NCBI GenBank assembly: GCA_030704615.1
Contig: CM060731.1
Coordinates: 69,626,001-69,690,000 of the forward strand
DNA from: Takakia lepidozioides
Lineage: Eukaryota; Plantae; Bryophyta
Reading direction: 5' to 3'
Length of the DNA stretch: 64,000 nt
The notes beneath the pieces were generated by a model that did not search any database, had not been told where the DNA came from, and saw only the letters and a list, made by a program, of their open reading frames with translations. The translations under genes were made by a program, and so were the position numbers. The first letter of the stretch is position 1. Each line of letters starts with the position of its first letter. This document shows, in pieces, positions 26,778 through 40,400 of this stretch.

Positions 26778-27790
26778 AAAAACTGCAAATTGTAGTCCAA
26801 ACTGAGCCAGTGTAGTCTGCATCTACCCTCCCCTATGTATCGAGACACCTTGCAATTTGAAAGATCTCCACGTCATTGTTCTAAGAAAGCCCACTTTGCT
26901 AAGTTTCATGAATTTCCAGTGACTAAAAGTACTTGAAATTTTGTGTTGATAGCCTGTGTCGTTGGCCCAAGTGTCCAATGTCGTCTAAGTCCAAGTGCAA
27001 TCCCCTACATGTATCCAAAGACCCTTTTGTTTGAGAGATCTAGGCCTAGGGTAGCGGGCCTGTGCCATTGGCACATGTAGGAATAATTGAAATATAATCC
27101 CAAGTGCAATCTCCTATGTATCAAATTGTGTCTCCCATATAGAGGCCCAAGTGCAACCTTCAGTGTCCATTGTCATCTAAATCCAAGTGCAATCCCATAT
27201 ATATCCAAGAGACCTTGCAATTTGGGAGATCTCAACGTCATTGTTCCAACAAAGCGCAGTTGCTATTTTTGCACTCTCCCCTTTCGAGGCTTAATATATT
27301 AATATATCCACTTTGCTATTTTTCGTGAATTTCCAACGACCAAAAGTACTTGAAATTCCAAATGTCCCACGTGAAAGGCCAATCACTGCTCTAGGAAAGC
27401 CCACTTTGCTATTTTTCCCGAATTTCCAGTGACACCCTCCTCGTTTTCCAATGGCACCAAGCTTAGGGGCCCTTGCGGTTTGGGAGATCTCGACGACGCT
27501 ACAAAACAAAACAAGTGTCTCGCTTCATATATTGATGGTGTCATACATCATTAAAGGTAGTTGTTTTGTTTTGTTTTTTTTGTTTTTTTTTTCGGTTTTG
27601 TTTCATCGTTGAGATCTCCCAAACCGCAAGGCCTCTGCCCAGAATCCTAATGTTGCTAAAAAGCCCTCAATGAGCAGGGGCGCATGGAGGCGGCAGTTTC
27701 ATAATTTTTGGACTTGCAATGTGGGAGATATTGAATTTCAAGTATTTTTTGTCACTGAAAATCCATGAAACATAGCAAATTGGGTTTCAA
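24455..27790. repeat. Minisatellite-like array of Helitron-like 3' ends plus non-autonomous Helitron-like modules
   Basis: Many copies of CTAGGGTAGCC(T/C)GTGCCGTTGGCCCAAGTG; on the minus strand this is a GCC-AAC-GGC hairpin followed by CTAG. Modules begin A|TCAATATATGAAGC on the minus strand at 25261 and 27535. Related pieces occur at 41136-41410. Confidence 0.55.
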
Positions 27791-28689
27791 AAGGGATATA
27801 TTGAGTACTCAAGTTGAGTAGATCTTAGAAGAGTTTTAGTTTTGAATAAAAAGGTGGCAAGGGGTGGAGATTTTGCAGTCAAGGGTGGAAAAACCTGTAG
27901 GCCTTTAGGGGTTAAACAGCGTGAGTCTCTGCTAGGGCTGGTGCCCCCGTAAACAAAGGAGTAGGCATCCAATATGCTAGAGGGCCAGTGCCCTAAGAGC
28001 AAGGCTTCCACATATGCCCCTTGTAGATACTAAGAAGAAATTATTCATTCAACACGTCCGGAATGGAAAACCTGAAGTCAGAGTAGAAGGAGGAAACTAA
28101 GTGCCATATCATCTTTGCATGCATGACACACAGGAACAATCAATGTTCCAAAATCTCATCACGAACATGAAGGCAAAGAGTGGAAGTAGTAGGCAGTGTC
28201 AGCAAGGTTCCGAAAGGAACTTGTAGAATCATGTTGATCAGTTTTCAAAGAAAAGAATTACGTTTTGCCACTCGGTGTATCATGGTTATTTTTTTTAATG
28301 AGAATTATGGGGCCGTTGTCTCCTTTTAAAATTAAACAAGCCTAAAACGGCGATGGGCCCTCTTTAGGAAAACATAAGAGGAGGTGAGAGTAAGTGACAT
28401 GACTTAGCACAACACACCAATCGGAGCCTTGACACGGCGTAAGGTCCTTTGACCACATTTTCTCCACCGACTTGAACATGTTGCAAAGTCTCTCTCTACA
28501 AGAGAGCCAATAAAAATACTCAGTGTATATATATTATATACATATATATAAATAAAAGGAAAGGTCTGCGACAGCCCACAATTCAGGCCCTTGAGGAGGA
28601 GGAAAGATATATATATATATATAATGATTGCCATTGATATCTAGATAACCACATGTACAATTATTATCAACTGGCAGTACCATGGATTT

Positions 28690-28930
28690 GCAAACGAAAA
28701 TTGGAAAGCAATTTGGACCTCTGTCTGGAATAAGGCACTTCCTACAAAAATTGCCGCGTTTCTTTGGCAGGTGGCCTACAGGATTCTCAAGGTCGGTTAG
28801 TGGCTAGACTTCCAGGAGGCCATCCTTTGCTCTTGTTGCTCATCAGGCATAATAGAAACACTAGAACACTGCCTCCTAAACTGCCATGCACCGGCCAAAA
28901 TTTGGCCCTTTATCAAATCCTTCTACAGGT
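28690..28930 (+). pseudogene. LINE ORF2 C-terminal zf-RVT fragment
   Basis: Translation IWTSVWNKALPTKIAAFLWQVAYRILKVG*WL..CSCCSSGIIETLEHCLLNC..KIW. Confidence 0.75.
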
Positions 28931-29239
28931 CCTTGAACAGGTCCATCTGAAGTATGCAACAAGTGGCCCGATCAAACAGCTGAATTCCGGAAATATTTCA
29001 TGGGGAGGTCATATTTGCTCTTCTGATTTGGATGGGCCTGCTCAATGGCATCTGATAAGCCCTAGATCTGAGTCCACCCACTGTTACTGGTGTTGGGAGG
29101 GGGGATTATTCAATTTGAGTAAATGGCTCATCAGCCTAAGGTCCTCCTCCCCTTTCCTCCATCTTCATCTTGCTCTTGCCTTGTCTTCACGGCCATCAAA
29201 TCGTAGATGCTTATCTACGGGCTTTCATCGATTTCCCAC

Positions 29240-30672
29240 ATGACCTAGTCCTTGCATTCTTGGAATATCCGTGGTATGGGATCTGATACCACCATGCCAA
29301 AAAGAAGGCGTGTCAAACTTTGGGCCTCTTCCTTTCTTTCTTCTTCTGCTATCATCATCCTCCAAGAGACCAAACTGGATGACAATAAAATCAGGTCCAT
29401 AGGAAATAGCTTTTGGCCATCGCAGGTTGCTTGGTGGAATCCTACTATATCCTCCTCCCGTGGGGGTACGGCGATTTTGGTCTCCCCTGCTATTGCTAGC
29501 TCCATTAATAATGTTCAGACCTGGGTACAGGGTCGTGTACAGTGCCTCTTCACTGATCTTGCCTCCCCCTTTGGGCATATTAATGTCTATGCGCCAAACG
29601 AGTCCCATGATCGAGCTCAGCTTTGGGATGCTATCAGAGATATGATTACGAGCTATCCCAATATCTTAAACTGGGTCCTAGCGGGGGACTTCAACATGGT
29701 TGACAATTATAACGATAGGTTGGTGCATGCCTCTCAATCTTTGTCAGATGAGGAACAAATTGCATGGGATATGCTTTGCTTCTCAGTGGGTTTGGTGGAT
29801 ATATTTTCAGACTCTCAATCTGGCTTGAGGTTCACGTGGTCTAATTTGAGGAATCCCCCTCATCTATGTATGGCCCGTCTGGACACGATCTATTGTTCCC
29901 AATCTCCCTTCTTTTGGGCCAAAGGTATGCCGCAGTCACCTATTCTTGCTGACTTTGATCATGCAGTGGTTTCAGCTGAATTTTAACCACCTGGATGCAT
30001 GCTAGAGGTAGGGGTTATTTCAAACTAAACCCTTGCATTTTGAAGAAGGCTGACTGTCTGCAGAAGTTGAAACTTGAATGGACATCTGCTGGCAACGGTT
30101 TCCAATCCCTTTCCATCTTGTTTTTGCATAAGTTGCAAGCCATAAGAAGGTTGGCTCAAGCCCTTTCTCGATCCTTGGCCCTAGAAAGAGCTCAACATCA
30201 TAAAGCCTTGTCTAAATGCTTGTTGCACTGCCAGAGAAGAATAGAAGATGGAAACCATGGTCCCATTACGATGGAGTCTTCCCTCACTGCCAAGAGAAAT
30301 CTGACTGAAGTGGATGCTGACAAGGAAAAATTCCTTAGGGTTAAAGCTGGGGTTAGCTGGTCATTGAAGGGGGAAAAGATGACTGGTTATTTTTTTCAGA
30401 AAGCAATTTAACAAAGAAGAGAGGCTACTCACCTCCGTGCCATGGTGGTTCCTGCTGGTGAGACAGTCACTGAGCCAAAGAAAGGTTGTAGAGCATTTTG
30501 CTAAGCTATTCTCTAATGAAGTGCATGATCCCTGCTGCAACAATTTCAGAGCTGAGGTTTTGCAATCCTTTCCAACTCTGAGAATACTGCCCTTTACTGA
30601 TTCCAAGCTTTTAAAGGTTGCTAAAAGCATTGAGTACCTTAAGACTCCTGGATTGGATGGGCTGCCGGTGGA
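29240..30672 (+). mobile_element. L1-clade LINE ORF2: AP endonuclease and linker
   Basis: SWNIRG, ILQETK, INVYAPN, LAGDFN, FTWSN, RLD, DH, YFKLN and KTPGLDGLPV. Confidence 0.9.
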
Positions 30673-30674
30673 TG

Positions 30675-30909
30675 CCCGAACGTCGTAAGTTGCGGCAACG
30701 CCGTGGCCAAGGGGTCCCGGGGGGTTTGCGACTCCCCGACGACGCTAATTAGCGACGTTCCGGGAGCGACGTCTCTACGACTTTCCGACGTCGCAAAATG
30801 CCCCGGGCGCCGTAGAGTATTTCCGTCGCTAATCGCGGCTGTTGGAGGTCGATGGGGCATCGCTAAAACCCCAACCCCACCCCCCCCCCCTTCACAAAAC
30901 GTAGTAGTG
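30675..30909 (-). mobile_element. CACTA terminal fragment
   Basis: Starts CACTACTACGTTTTGTGAAGGGGG on the minus strand at 30909, with GCGAC/GTCGC subterminal motifs like those at 3920-4460. Similar motifs recur at ~31415-31470. Confidence 0.75.
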
Positions 30910-31378
30910 TCACCCTGCTAGAGGCTGGAGATAGAAGGATTTTAATCCACTTTAGGAAACTTCCAGTGATGCCCGTCGCTTCCAAAGCACCCCAAGGATA
31001 ATTCCAGCTGATATTGTCAAAGGCTTTCTCGAAGTCTAACATCAGCAATGCAATTGGTTGGTTATCAGTTTGAGCCAGATGCAGCGCCTCATTGGTAAGT
31101 AGGATATTATCAAGAATCATTCTACTTTTTAAAAATCCAGATTGCTCTGGTCTTATCAGCTTAGATAGCAAGGGCTACAGATGGCGAACAAGAGTCTTAG
31201 CAACAATTTTGTAAGTAGAGTTCAACAAAGTGATGGGTCTGTAGTTAGAGAGCTGATCCCTGTCACATTTTTTGTACACCAAGGTAATGACTCCTTGAGA
31301 CAATTGCGAGGGCATGATCCCTTTGTCCAAAATATCATTGGCCATTCGCAGGAAATCGTTCCCAATCACCTCCCCCAA
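30910..31378 (-). mobile_element. L1 LINE reverse transcriptase N-terminal part, inverted relative to its endonuclease
   Basis: GVITLVYKK..NYRPITLLNSTYKIVAK, EQSGFLKSRMILDNI and LDFEKAFDNISW. Confidence 0.9.
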
Positions 31379-32039
31379 TAAAATAAAATAAAATAAATAA
31401 ATAAATAAATAAAATTGGCGACGCTGCATTAGGGACGTCCGGGGGTCGCGTCGCATTTGTGACCCCCAGACATTATAGTTTAGGGGGATATATTTGAATT
31501 CAGGTGGGAACATTTGAATTTGATGTAGGATTTTTCATCCATCCATGAAGTAAAAACTCAAATAATCGGCTCCCGCGAGTGTTGTTGACTCGATAATTTG
31601 GTGTAGTTGCTAATCTCATCCATAAATCACCAAACTTGGTGACAAACTACAATTATATACCCTGTATCAACTTGTAAATTCTCAAGTCCATCGGTGGTAA
31701 AAATGCGCTCTTTTCGCCATTCTTTGTATTTTTGCTACATAAAGACTTTTGCCATGGAAACGCTTCGCTGTTGAAGCTGTCCTGACCTGCTGTCGTTTGG
31801 AAGCAGCCGTTTGCTTTGGTGCGAAATTTCATCATTGTACATATTGTTTCTTCCAATTGCCAAGCTCCTCGCTGTGTGTTCCTATTGGACTTGAAAGGCG
31901 GGAGAATAGAAAGATCGCAATCTGGGACTGGAACAATCGTCATGTATTGTTCGAACAGGATTACCTTGCAGTTATTGGTACCGAATTGGCAGCCTAACCT
32001 ACTGTCGATGCAGTTTCATCTTGACGCCAGAGCTCTTCT

Positions 32040-32977
32040 CCATGGTCGTCGCAGACACTGTCTAATTTCCTACGTGCTTTACCATGAAGACTTGGAACAC
32101 TATCTGGTTTTTTGGCCTTTCGCCCGTGCAGTGTGGGACAAAGCCCTCCACTTATACTCTTTCTAGTCTTCTAATCTGGACTCCTCTCATTCTGTCTTGT
32201 TATTCAATGTCAAGAATGGAATGATTCACTGTTCATGCCCTGTGGGAATCATTACGTGGGATAATTCTCTGGCAAATATGGAAAATGAGATGCGCTGTAC
32301 TATATTAGAAGGTGAGGCCTTGTGTGCAGAGAGTGTTGTTGCTTGTTTCAGCTCTTTCCAGGTGTAGCAGCAAATCGGAGAGACAAGTTGCTTCCTCCTT
32401 CGACAAGTCTTGGGGGAATGACCTTGTTTTCTGCAGGAAAATCTTAGATATAAAGATTGTGTGGAAAGACTCCATCCCTGCCTGTTGGCAGCTCAACCAT
32501 AACCAAGCAAACACCTCTGGAGGCCAAAGATGTTGAAGAAAATTGGAGACACAAGCGTACTGGTGCTAGGAAAGCAAAATCCAAAGCCCAACTTAGCTTT
32601 GAAGCTCCTAAGAGGAAGAGGGGTAGTTCGTAGTTGCTGCTGTTTACAACTCAAATATTCTTTCCTGCTCTAGCTGTGGTGGATAGTTATCTAGCACCCT
32701 TGTCTTCGGGTGATATGTAAATTAGCCTGGTTATGCCACAACTAAGTGCATAAGCTGGTTTCGAGAATTAGCTTGGTTACTCCACAGCTAAATGTATAAG
32801 CTTAGTTTGTTTCTTACTCGCTTATCTCTCTCCTTGCTCATTTTCCTTTTGCTCTTTGGACTATAGGCTCGGAGTGGTACCTCAGTAATCTGCCTTATGG
32901 CTAATTTTGAGGTTATTTTTCCTTACCTTTTAAATAAATTCACCAGGGCTACAATCCCCCTGGTTAAAAAAAAAAAA
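32040..32977 (+). mobile_element. LINE 3' end: zf-RVT remnant, 3' UTR, poly(A)
   Basis: EDLEHYLVFWPFARAVW and LRGIILWQIWKMRC; AATAAA at ~32933, a short hairpin, then an A-tract at 32965-32977. Confidence 0.75.
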
Positions 32978-33491
32978 CCTGGTTGAGTACACCACAGAGG
33001 CTGGAAAAGGAGGCACTGGCCCGAGAGTTAGTTTCTATAATTAAGGGGCCTGATTTGTGCAAGCTACGGTCGATCCCAGGTGTGTTTCCCCTTTTTTTTA
33101 AAAATAGGAAAAAGAAAAAAGAAAAGTGTTATGTGGGTAGCTCCACATCTCCAAAGCTCGAATGAGAGTAGAAGAACCACAAAACATGAAGCCTTAGTGA
33201 CTCGCTCATCCAAAGTTGCGGTTGAAGCAGTTAACTGTTCATCCAGATATAGGTCGATGATGGGCAGTTAATCATCCTTCAGGAAAGGACACTGTGGTCG
33301 TCTCGCTCGGTGGGCTTTGGGGTGGTCGTCGGCTGCGAGCCTGCGAAGTGCCGAGGCGTGTTTGTTAGTTGTTGTTGCTCGCTCTGATGCGAGACAAGAA
33401 TAGGAAGCAAAAGTGAGGGTGGGGAGGTGGGCAACGGCTGTGAGTGTCTTGCCGCAGCATTGAAGGAGCACGGCCGCGGATTTGTGCAACG

Positions 33492-36400
33492 ATGATGAAC
33501 GTGATGCTGGAAGTAGCTCCAGCACGAATGCTGCGGGCTGGCGCAGTCCTTCAGCGTGAGCCCTGCATTGGGTTTCGTTCTTCGGCGGTCTCGGTATCTT
33601 TAGGAAGGCAGCTGAAGCACGGGGACTTAGCAGCAAAGAACACCCTTGCTTGCCTTTCCAGCAATGGGGGTAGAAATGTTTCCCTGTCACAGGAGGCCCC
33701 ACTTTTTCCACATAATTTTGTGGCTACGAGTGCGAGTATCGGGAAAAGGAGCCAACGATTTGTTGTCGAAGCAAGTGCCTCGGATGGTCCTGTGGGGGAC
33801 GATACGGGTAGTGGATTGGAGCAGGCGCAGGCGGGTGTGGGCACGACTGAATTCGCCAAGACCCTGCAATTGGGATCACTTTTTGGCCTCTGGTATCTTT
33901 TCAACATCTACTTCAACATCTACAACAAGCAGGCACGTGCATGAATTATTAGGATCAATGGTCCAGTGGTTCAAGGGTCGTAAGGACCAGTGGTCCGTGT
34001 TTGTGAAGGACCTTGCCACTCCCAATGCAACTTCTCCTCAGTTGGGAGGAGTGTGATTGTCCAGATGCTTCTCTTTAATGCTCATAGGAGTACTTTTCAG
34101 ATTTGTGCAGGATTTGGTAGAAGAAGCATATCGAGAATGGTGGTCTGACAAATGCATTGCCTGATCGATATGCAGGTGTTGAAAGTGTTCCCTTTTCCAA
34201 TCACAATAACAAATCTGCAGTTTGCTGTGGGAAGTGTGATTGTGTTACTGATGTGGGCAACTGGACTCCACAAGAAGCCCTCTATTTCTAAAGCCCAGGT
34301 ACCAGATTTCCCATTTAAGCTCATCTTGCAGTTCTCATCAAGCAAGCCTCAACAATAGGTCATAATTGGAAGGTTCCCAAAAATAGGGGAATGTGAAACA
34401 GGACTGCAACGTCTGCCCCTGAGAATTCTTTGATTGAAGTGCTCAGGAAACCTCTCAGTTGATTGCTAAGGAGTACCAGCGGTGAAACAAGTTGACCATG
34501 AGGGCGGTTTGTCTTGTGTATTGGGTTGTCTTTGGTCCAGTTGTGGGCAGTACTGCCATTGGCTTGTGTTCATACGATGGGCAACCTGTTCACCAACATG
34601 AGCCTAGGCAAGGTGGCAGTATCATTCACCCACACCATCAAGGCCATGGAGCCTTTCTTCTCTGTACTCCTATCAGCAGCCGTCCTGGGGGAGGTATGCC
34701 TATTCAACTCTTCTTTTGAGCAAAGACTTCAGAGTATTTTCACATATAACTTCTGTTTGGTGAAATCCTGGCTGACAACAAATTGCTTGAACAATTCTTG
34801 GTTTTTCTTCAGGAGAGTGAGATGTATCTCCAGTTCTCTTTTTTGTGTTACTCCTGAGAAAGCCTTGAAGTGCCTGATGCAAGTTTGGTTGACTGGCTAG
34901 GCAGGTACCAAATCCATGGGTGGTGGGTACCCTCGTACCAATTGTTGGAGGAGTTGCACTAGCATCTCTTACTGAGGCATCTTTCAACTGGTATGTCGTT
35001 ATAGCCTTTTGGGGCTGGAGTTAATAGATGGAATTCCCTGGGCACTGCCTCCCACTCCTTAACACCAACAACTGCTGTGGGTCCCAACAAAACAACTATC
35101 AAAAGGTCATGACATTGTCTTGTTTTGAAGCCTTCAAGAGCACTGAAAGGGCGACGTGGTCTTTCACATTGTCAGGACCGGGAAGACTGCAATGAAGTAG
35201 AAGTCATCATGTATTAAGCGTTGGGAACATAATTACTAAATAAGGTTTATGTTCCAGATTGACAAACCATAGAGGAGTTGTGCAAAGAGGGAGCACAGCG
35301 AGCACATGGCGTGCCAGATGGTTAAAATCTGAGTAGGCCTTTTGGGACAGGCAGTGGGATGTGCTATCACATGCAATAGACAGCCATTCAAACAATATCC
35401 TCATACTATCCACAAGCTCAGCCATTTTTTTCATTATGGTGCTTTCATTAAAGAAGATGAGTCATCCACGCTAGCGGGTTTATTGGACATGTTTGCAGGG
35501 CTGGTTTCCTGAGTGCAATGGCATCAAATGTGACTTTCCAATCACGCAATGTGCTTAGCAAGAAGTTTATGGTAAAAAAAGAGGTATGTTAGTCTGATAA
35601 CAAGCCATGTTTTCGGCTGAGCTCTTGAATAGCTGTTGGGCCCAACAGTTGTTTCATATCTAAGGTAAGTATTATACATTTGGTTTAGCACCAATTCTTG
35701 ATGACTACTATTTGTTAGCAATGCTTTACCCGGAATAAGTCTAGAATATTGTATGTTCCTCGTGCCTAAAAGCATGATGCCACTTTCTAAGTGGACTCAT
35801 GTCTGTCTCCATTGTGCTGGTTTTTTGAGTAAGTGGTATGTTGCTGGTGGCAGGGGTCCCTGGACAATATTAATTTGTTCTCCATCATCACGCTCTTGTC
35901 TTTCTTCCTACTTATGCCTGCCACACTGCTGTTTGAAGGAGTTAAATTTACTCCCACTGCGTTGAATTCAATGGTGAGTAGGTCTGCCTTATAAGTGCAC
36001 ATTAATTGACAGTATCGTTTTTAAAGGATTCTTGATCTTGGGGAAATATAACAAAGACATTGGAGACTTGAAGATCATGAAATTCACACTATAGTGGCGA
36101 AAAACTCCACCACAGCCTGCCATCAATGGAGGCTGTATTCATGAGGTTATTACAAGTGAAATGACAGTGGTCTTGCAGAATAGTTGGGTTTGTTATGGTA
36201 CCCACAAATGAAGTTAGGAAATGGTTGCTGTTGGTAGGTTGCATAGTAGCAGAAACTGTGGGTCCTCTTTTAGAATAAACAACCCAACGAGTTCTCCAAG
36301 ATGCCACTCCCCAAGTTAGAATTGGGTGGAAAAATGGGGACTTGGAGCTCCGCCCAAAGACTAGGGCCAGCGTCTCATGACCTCTTGCAAGTCCCTGGAA

Positions 36401-37437
36401 CTGTCACAAGGACATGTGGTGTCGGATTAGTAATTATCATGGTTGCATGGATTACTGGACCAGTAAACTGCAGGCATTCTTTGATATGAAGAGCTTGAGT
36501 TACATACATTTGTGTTTTTCGTGTGTTATCATTCGAGATCCACTCCCCATGACCTCTTGTAACTCCCTGGAACTGTCACGAGGACTGGTGGTGTGGGATT
36601 AGTAGTTATCATGGTTGCATGGATTACTGGACCAGTAAACTGCAGGCATTCTTTGCATTGAAGAGCTTGGGTTACATACATTGGTGTGTTGTTTCTGTGT
36701 TTTCATTTGAGATCCACTACGCATGACATTGTTTGAACCTGAATACAAAATGTTGTGTGGTCACAGGGTTTAGATGTAAAAGTGGTAGCTACAAGAGCGC
36801 TGCTCGCAGGAATTTGCTTCCATTCCTACCAGCAGGTAAGTCTGTCTTTGCATACTTCTACTGCTCATGAGATGCCACTTTATGCCTTTCATCCTGTCTG
36901 ACGTGGTTGGTCACTTATGTGATTCCATATAGGTTAGTGTCAAATGAAATTCAATGTAATGCTTCTGTGGATAGCATGAAAGGTAAGGACGCTCCTGTTG
37001 TGATTCTGGCCTGTTTCTTCTGTGAGTTTGAACATCTCAGTGGAGTGTGATGTATGTGGTGGGTTGCACACAGGTGTCGTACATGATCTTGCAGAAGGTC
37101 ACACCTGTGACACATTCAGTTGGGAACTGTGTGAAGCGAGTAATTGTGATTGTCACGTCTGTGCTATTTTTCAGAACTCCAGTTTCAACAGTCAACGCTC
37201 TTGGTACGACTTATCTTTCTGCTTCCTGTCTTCATTTGCAGTACAGTAGTTCACCCCAATAATCTCTCCTGCCTGAGGCATGGAGATATTTCCACTGGAA
37301 AGATACTTCTTCTTGGCTTTTTGGATGTGCAAGGTGTTCTAATTGTTCTCCATTATACAGGGACGGGTGTTGCGTTGGCCGGAGTGTTTGCCTACTCTCA
37401 AGTCAAAGGTAAGAAGAGTGAAAAGAAGGGCACATAA
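33492..37437 (+). CDS. PPT: Plastid phosphoenolpyruvate/phosphate translocator (TPT family), 427 aa; exons 33492-33932, 34176-34298, 34541-34693, 34905-34990, 35499-35583, 35854-35973, 36767-36835, 37074-37203, 37361-37437
   Basis: Transit-peptide-like N-terminus, then [78 protein letters not shown] and [21 protein letters not shown]. All exon phases join into one open frame of 1284 nt. Confidence 0.95.
36376..36725 (+). repeat. Tandem duplication (~172 bp x2) in PPT intron 6
   Basis: CATGACCTCTTG...CCCTGGAACTGTCAC...GAGATCCACT occurs twice in succession. Confidence 0.85.
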
Positions 37438-40400
37438 GTTTTCATCTGTGGTTGAAGTGGGTGCTTCCAATCTTTCAGGGATAAGCTCAAGAGATATCAG
37501 AGCTTTAAGGTCAATATCCTCTTCTATTGATTGATATGGGCCTCTATTGTAGCGGCGTCTAGGAGCCCACATGTCGTCCGGTGTTGTGTAATTACAGATG
37601 CAGAGTAGCTGCAAGTTATGAAGCTGCTTCTGTCCAGCACCAGTTGCCATTTATCAATTTTCTGGTTGCCAAAGAGAAGACAATGCTTTCTTTAACAGTG
37701 GTTAGTTAACCTCGCTACTATGCTGATGAAGGTGGGTCACTAGTCATGTGCCCTTGGTAGATTGTAGACCCCAGTGTATCACCAGTATGCTATTGGGTAA
37801 ACCACTAATTAGTTTGGCGGCTGTGGTTCAGCACAAAGCAGTTGACAAACATAGCACTTCAAAAAACCCTTTACATCCGTCATCACTCAGATGTTGAAAC
37901 CGTAAGCTCACAAGTAGTAAGGGTTTGGTGGGAATAGTGAGCTGGCCACTTGAAGGTAGTGAACTGGTGAAGGGAAACCACCTGAACCATATGAGAGCCT
38001 ATTCTGTCAGTTATTAGCTGGTTTATCTGTGAGATGATCATGCGGGAGAATGTTGGACTGACCGATGGAATGTTTCGTCAAATTTGAGACATTAACTTCA
38101 ATCAGAAGCAACCAACACATTTATAACCCACCCCACCCCACCCCACCCCACCCCACCCTTCCCTTGGTTAGGAACCCTTAAAGTTGGGCCTTGGGACACA
38201 CGGGTATTCCACAGACAACATCTGCAAATGGATCACGAACAATGGTAAGATGCCAAGTGTTTTTGGGTCTCAGCTTTCATTATGCAATTGCTCCTGCATC
38301 TGGCATAGCATGTCGATGATAGTCTTTTTTGACATTTTGAGGGCCGGAGAGCTCCACCCATCTCAGATGTTTTGGTTTGCTTGGTTTGTTTTATTTCTCT
38401 TACCAGTCTCTTCAAGGTTGGTACAGTTCACATTTGGTCTGGTGGGTGCAGTGGTTTTTATCACTTAGGGTATGGGAGTGGTGCTAGATGACAAGGGAGG
38501 TGAGATTGTATCACAAGAAGGTAATGCAGTGACACGAATTTTTGGTTGAAAACTTGTCATCCATATCATCATTCTATTTGTCCGTGCAACTCCCACAATG
38601 CACCACCGAGGAGTTGATATGATTCTGAAATCCATGGAAATTTGAATTGTGATACTAGTAAGACGACTAGAAGAAAATTCTCTCTACACATCGAAGACGA
38701 GAAAAGGACATATAGAAAGTCTTGTGTAAAGGGACTTGGGAGTCAAAGAATAAGAGTGAAGAGTGCAACACAGGCTTTACATTGGACCAATGTGATAGCA
38801 GAGAAATGTACTGTGCTTGAGTGCATGTTTTTTTGTGTAGAAGGGTGTGTATTGGGGGTGAGCGATAGGACAAGTGACCTAGTCCACAATATGGATAGTC
38901 ATGGATATGGGTAAAAATGTTGTGTGTAGGGAACTGAAAACAATGGCTAATGGTGTGAGGCTGTCTTACAAGGGGAGGTATGCAATGAGATGTGGGCGGT
39001 TGTTGGGTTAACCTCACAACTGCTTTGTTGCATTCATGGACCGTATACCCTGTCATCTCATGTGGAGTGAGGCAAAGCTTTAACAACCTTATAATTGGGT
39101 GATAGAATGCACGCCCAGGCATGCATGCAATGTGAGAAACATAACTGTTTAATCCAAAAGTCAGCAAGTAATAAGACCCACAGTGAACCAGCCTTCAGTT
39201 ATTTAAGTTGGACTTGAAGAACTACTTCACAAGCACTATGCATGCATGGTAGTGGATTTGTAAGGTGGCATGAGAGTACTAGTATCTTTGCGTTTGAAGG
39301 GCCAAATTCAGCATAAAAAATCTACATTCAACATTCGCTAAACACTCTACTTTAAACACTGTACATTCAGCATTCTCCATAAATACTGAAGGATGAGTTT
39401 AATGTGTACCACAGTAGACTGGGCATGGTACTCCTATGCTTTTGATTCATCTTGCCAAGACTAATTCTAGCGTCCCAATGGAGTAAAGAATGGACAAATT
39501 GGTGAGATCCAGCTACATATGCCTCTCCCATGATCACTTCTATGCCATAAACCATTCTATGGAAAATTGTGGGAGAGCATGGAGGACTTTGGGCAGCCAT
39601 CTAGACAAATTGATGAGGATCCATCAACGCAATTTATCTCATGATCGCAATAGGGATGCACTCTAGTTGTCTGGTACGAATCCGCTAGTGTCTGCATTGA
39701 ACTTACAATGATGGATCCTTCCCTTTCCTGAAGGAAAGATCATTGGGGCTGATCTTAGAGAGGCATGCTCAGTTAGACCACCATTCTTTACTGAGGTAGG
39801 CGAATAGCACAAGTTGTATTGGAGAATGAACTTACCAATGATTTTTCTTTTCGATGGGCATTTTTCAGTTGAACAAATTACCAATTAAAACCTTGGAGAT
39901 AATGGAGCCAAAGCTTATCGCAGATGAAGAGCAATCATTCACTATCACTGAAAACATACCATACATCTCTTTGAACTCGTCACATTCGGATTCGTTTTGT
40001 ATCTCCAAAGTTGGAGAGAAATCAATGGATCATTTGAAAAGATTGTCGTCTTCCATATTGACTCCATGAATCCTACATCCCAAAACCTGAATTCACTTGG
40101 ATATTTTTCAAAAGAGTAATATATTACAAGATGATCAATGATCAAGGCCTCACCACACGAATGTGTGAGAGGATATTGATATCTATGCATATCAAAGACA
40201 AAGAAGAGTATGCAAAGTACAATGAGGGTTGTACTTATGAGACTAAGCTATGAGATTACAATGACATGTAACAATTACATCGCAAATGCTTGGAAGATGC
40301 ATAGAAGAATTCACAAATAGCTAAGGAAATGAGGTTTACCTGGAAGACTACACAAAAGAGAAAAGAACATACAAAGGCAATGTAAGGTTTTAGCTTTGGG

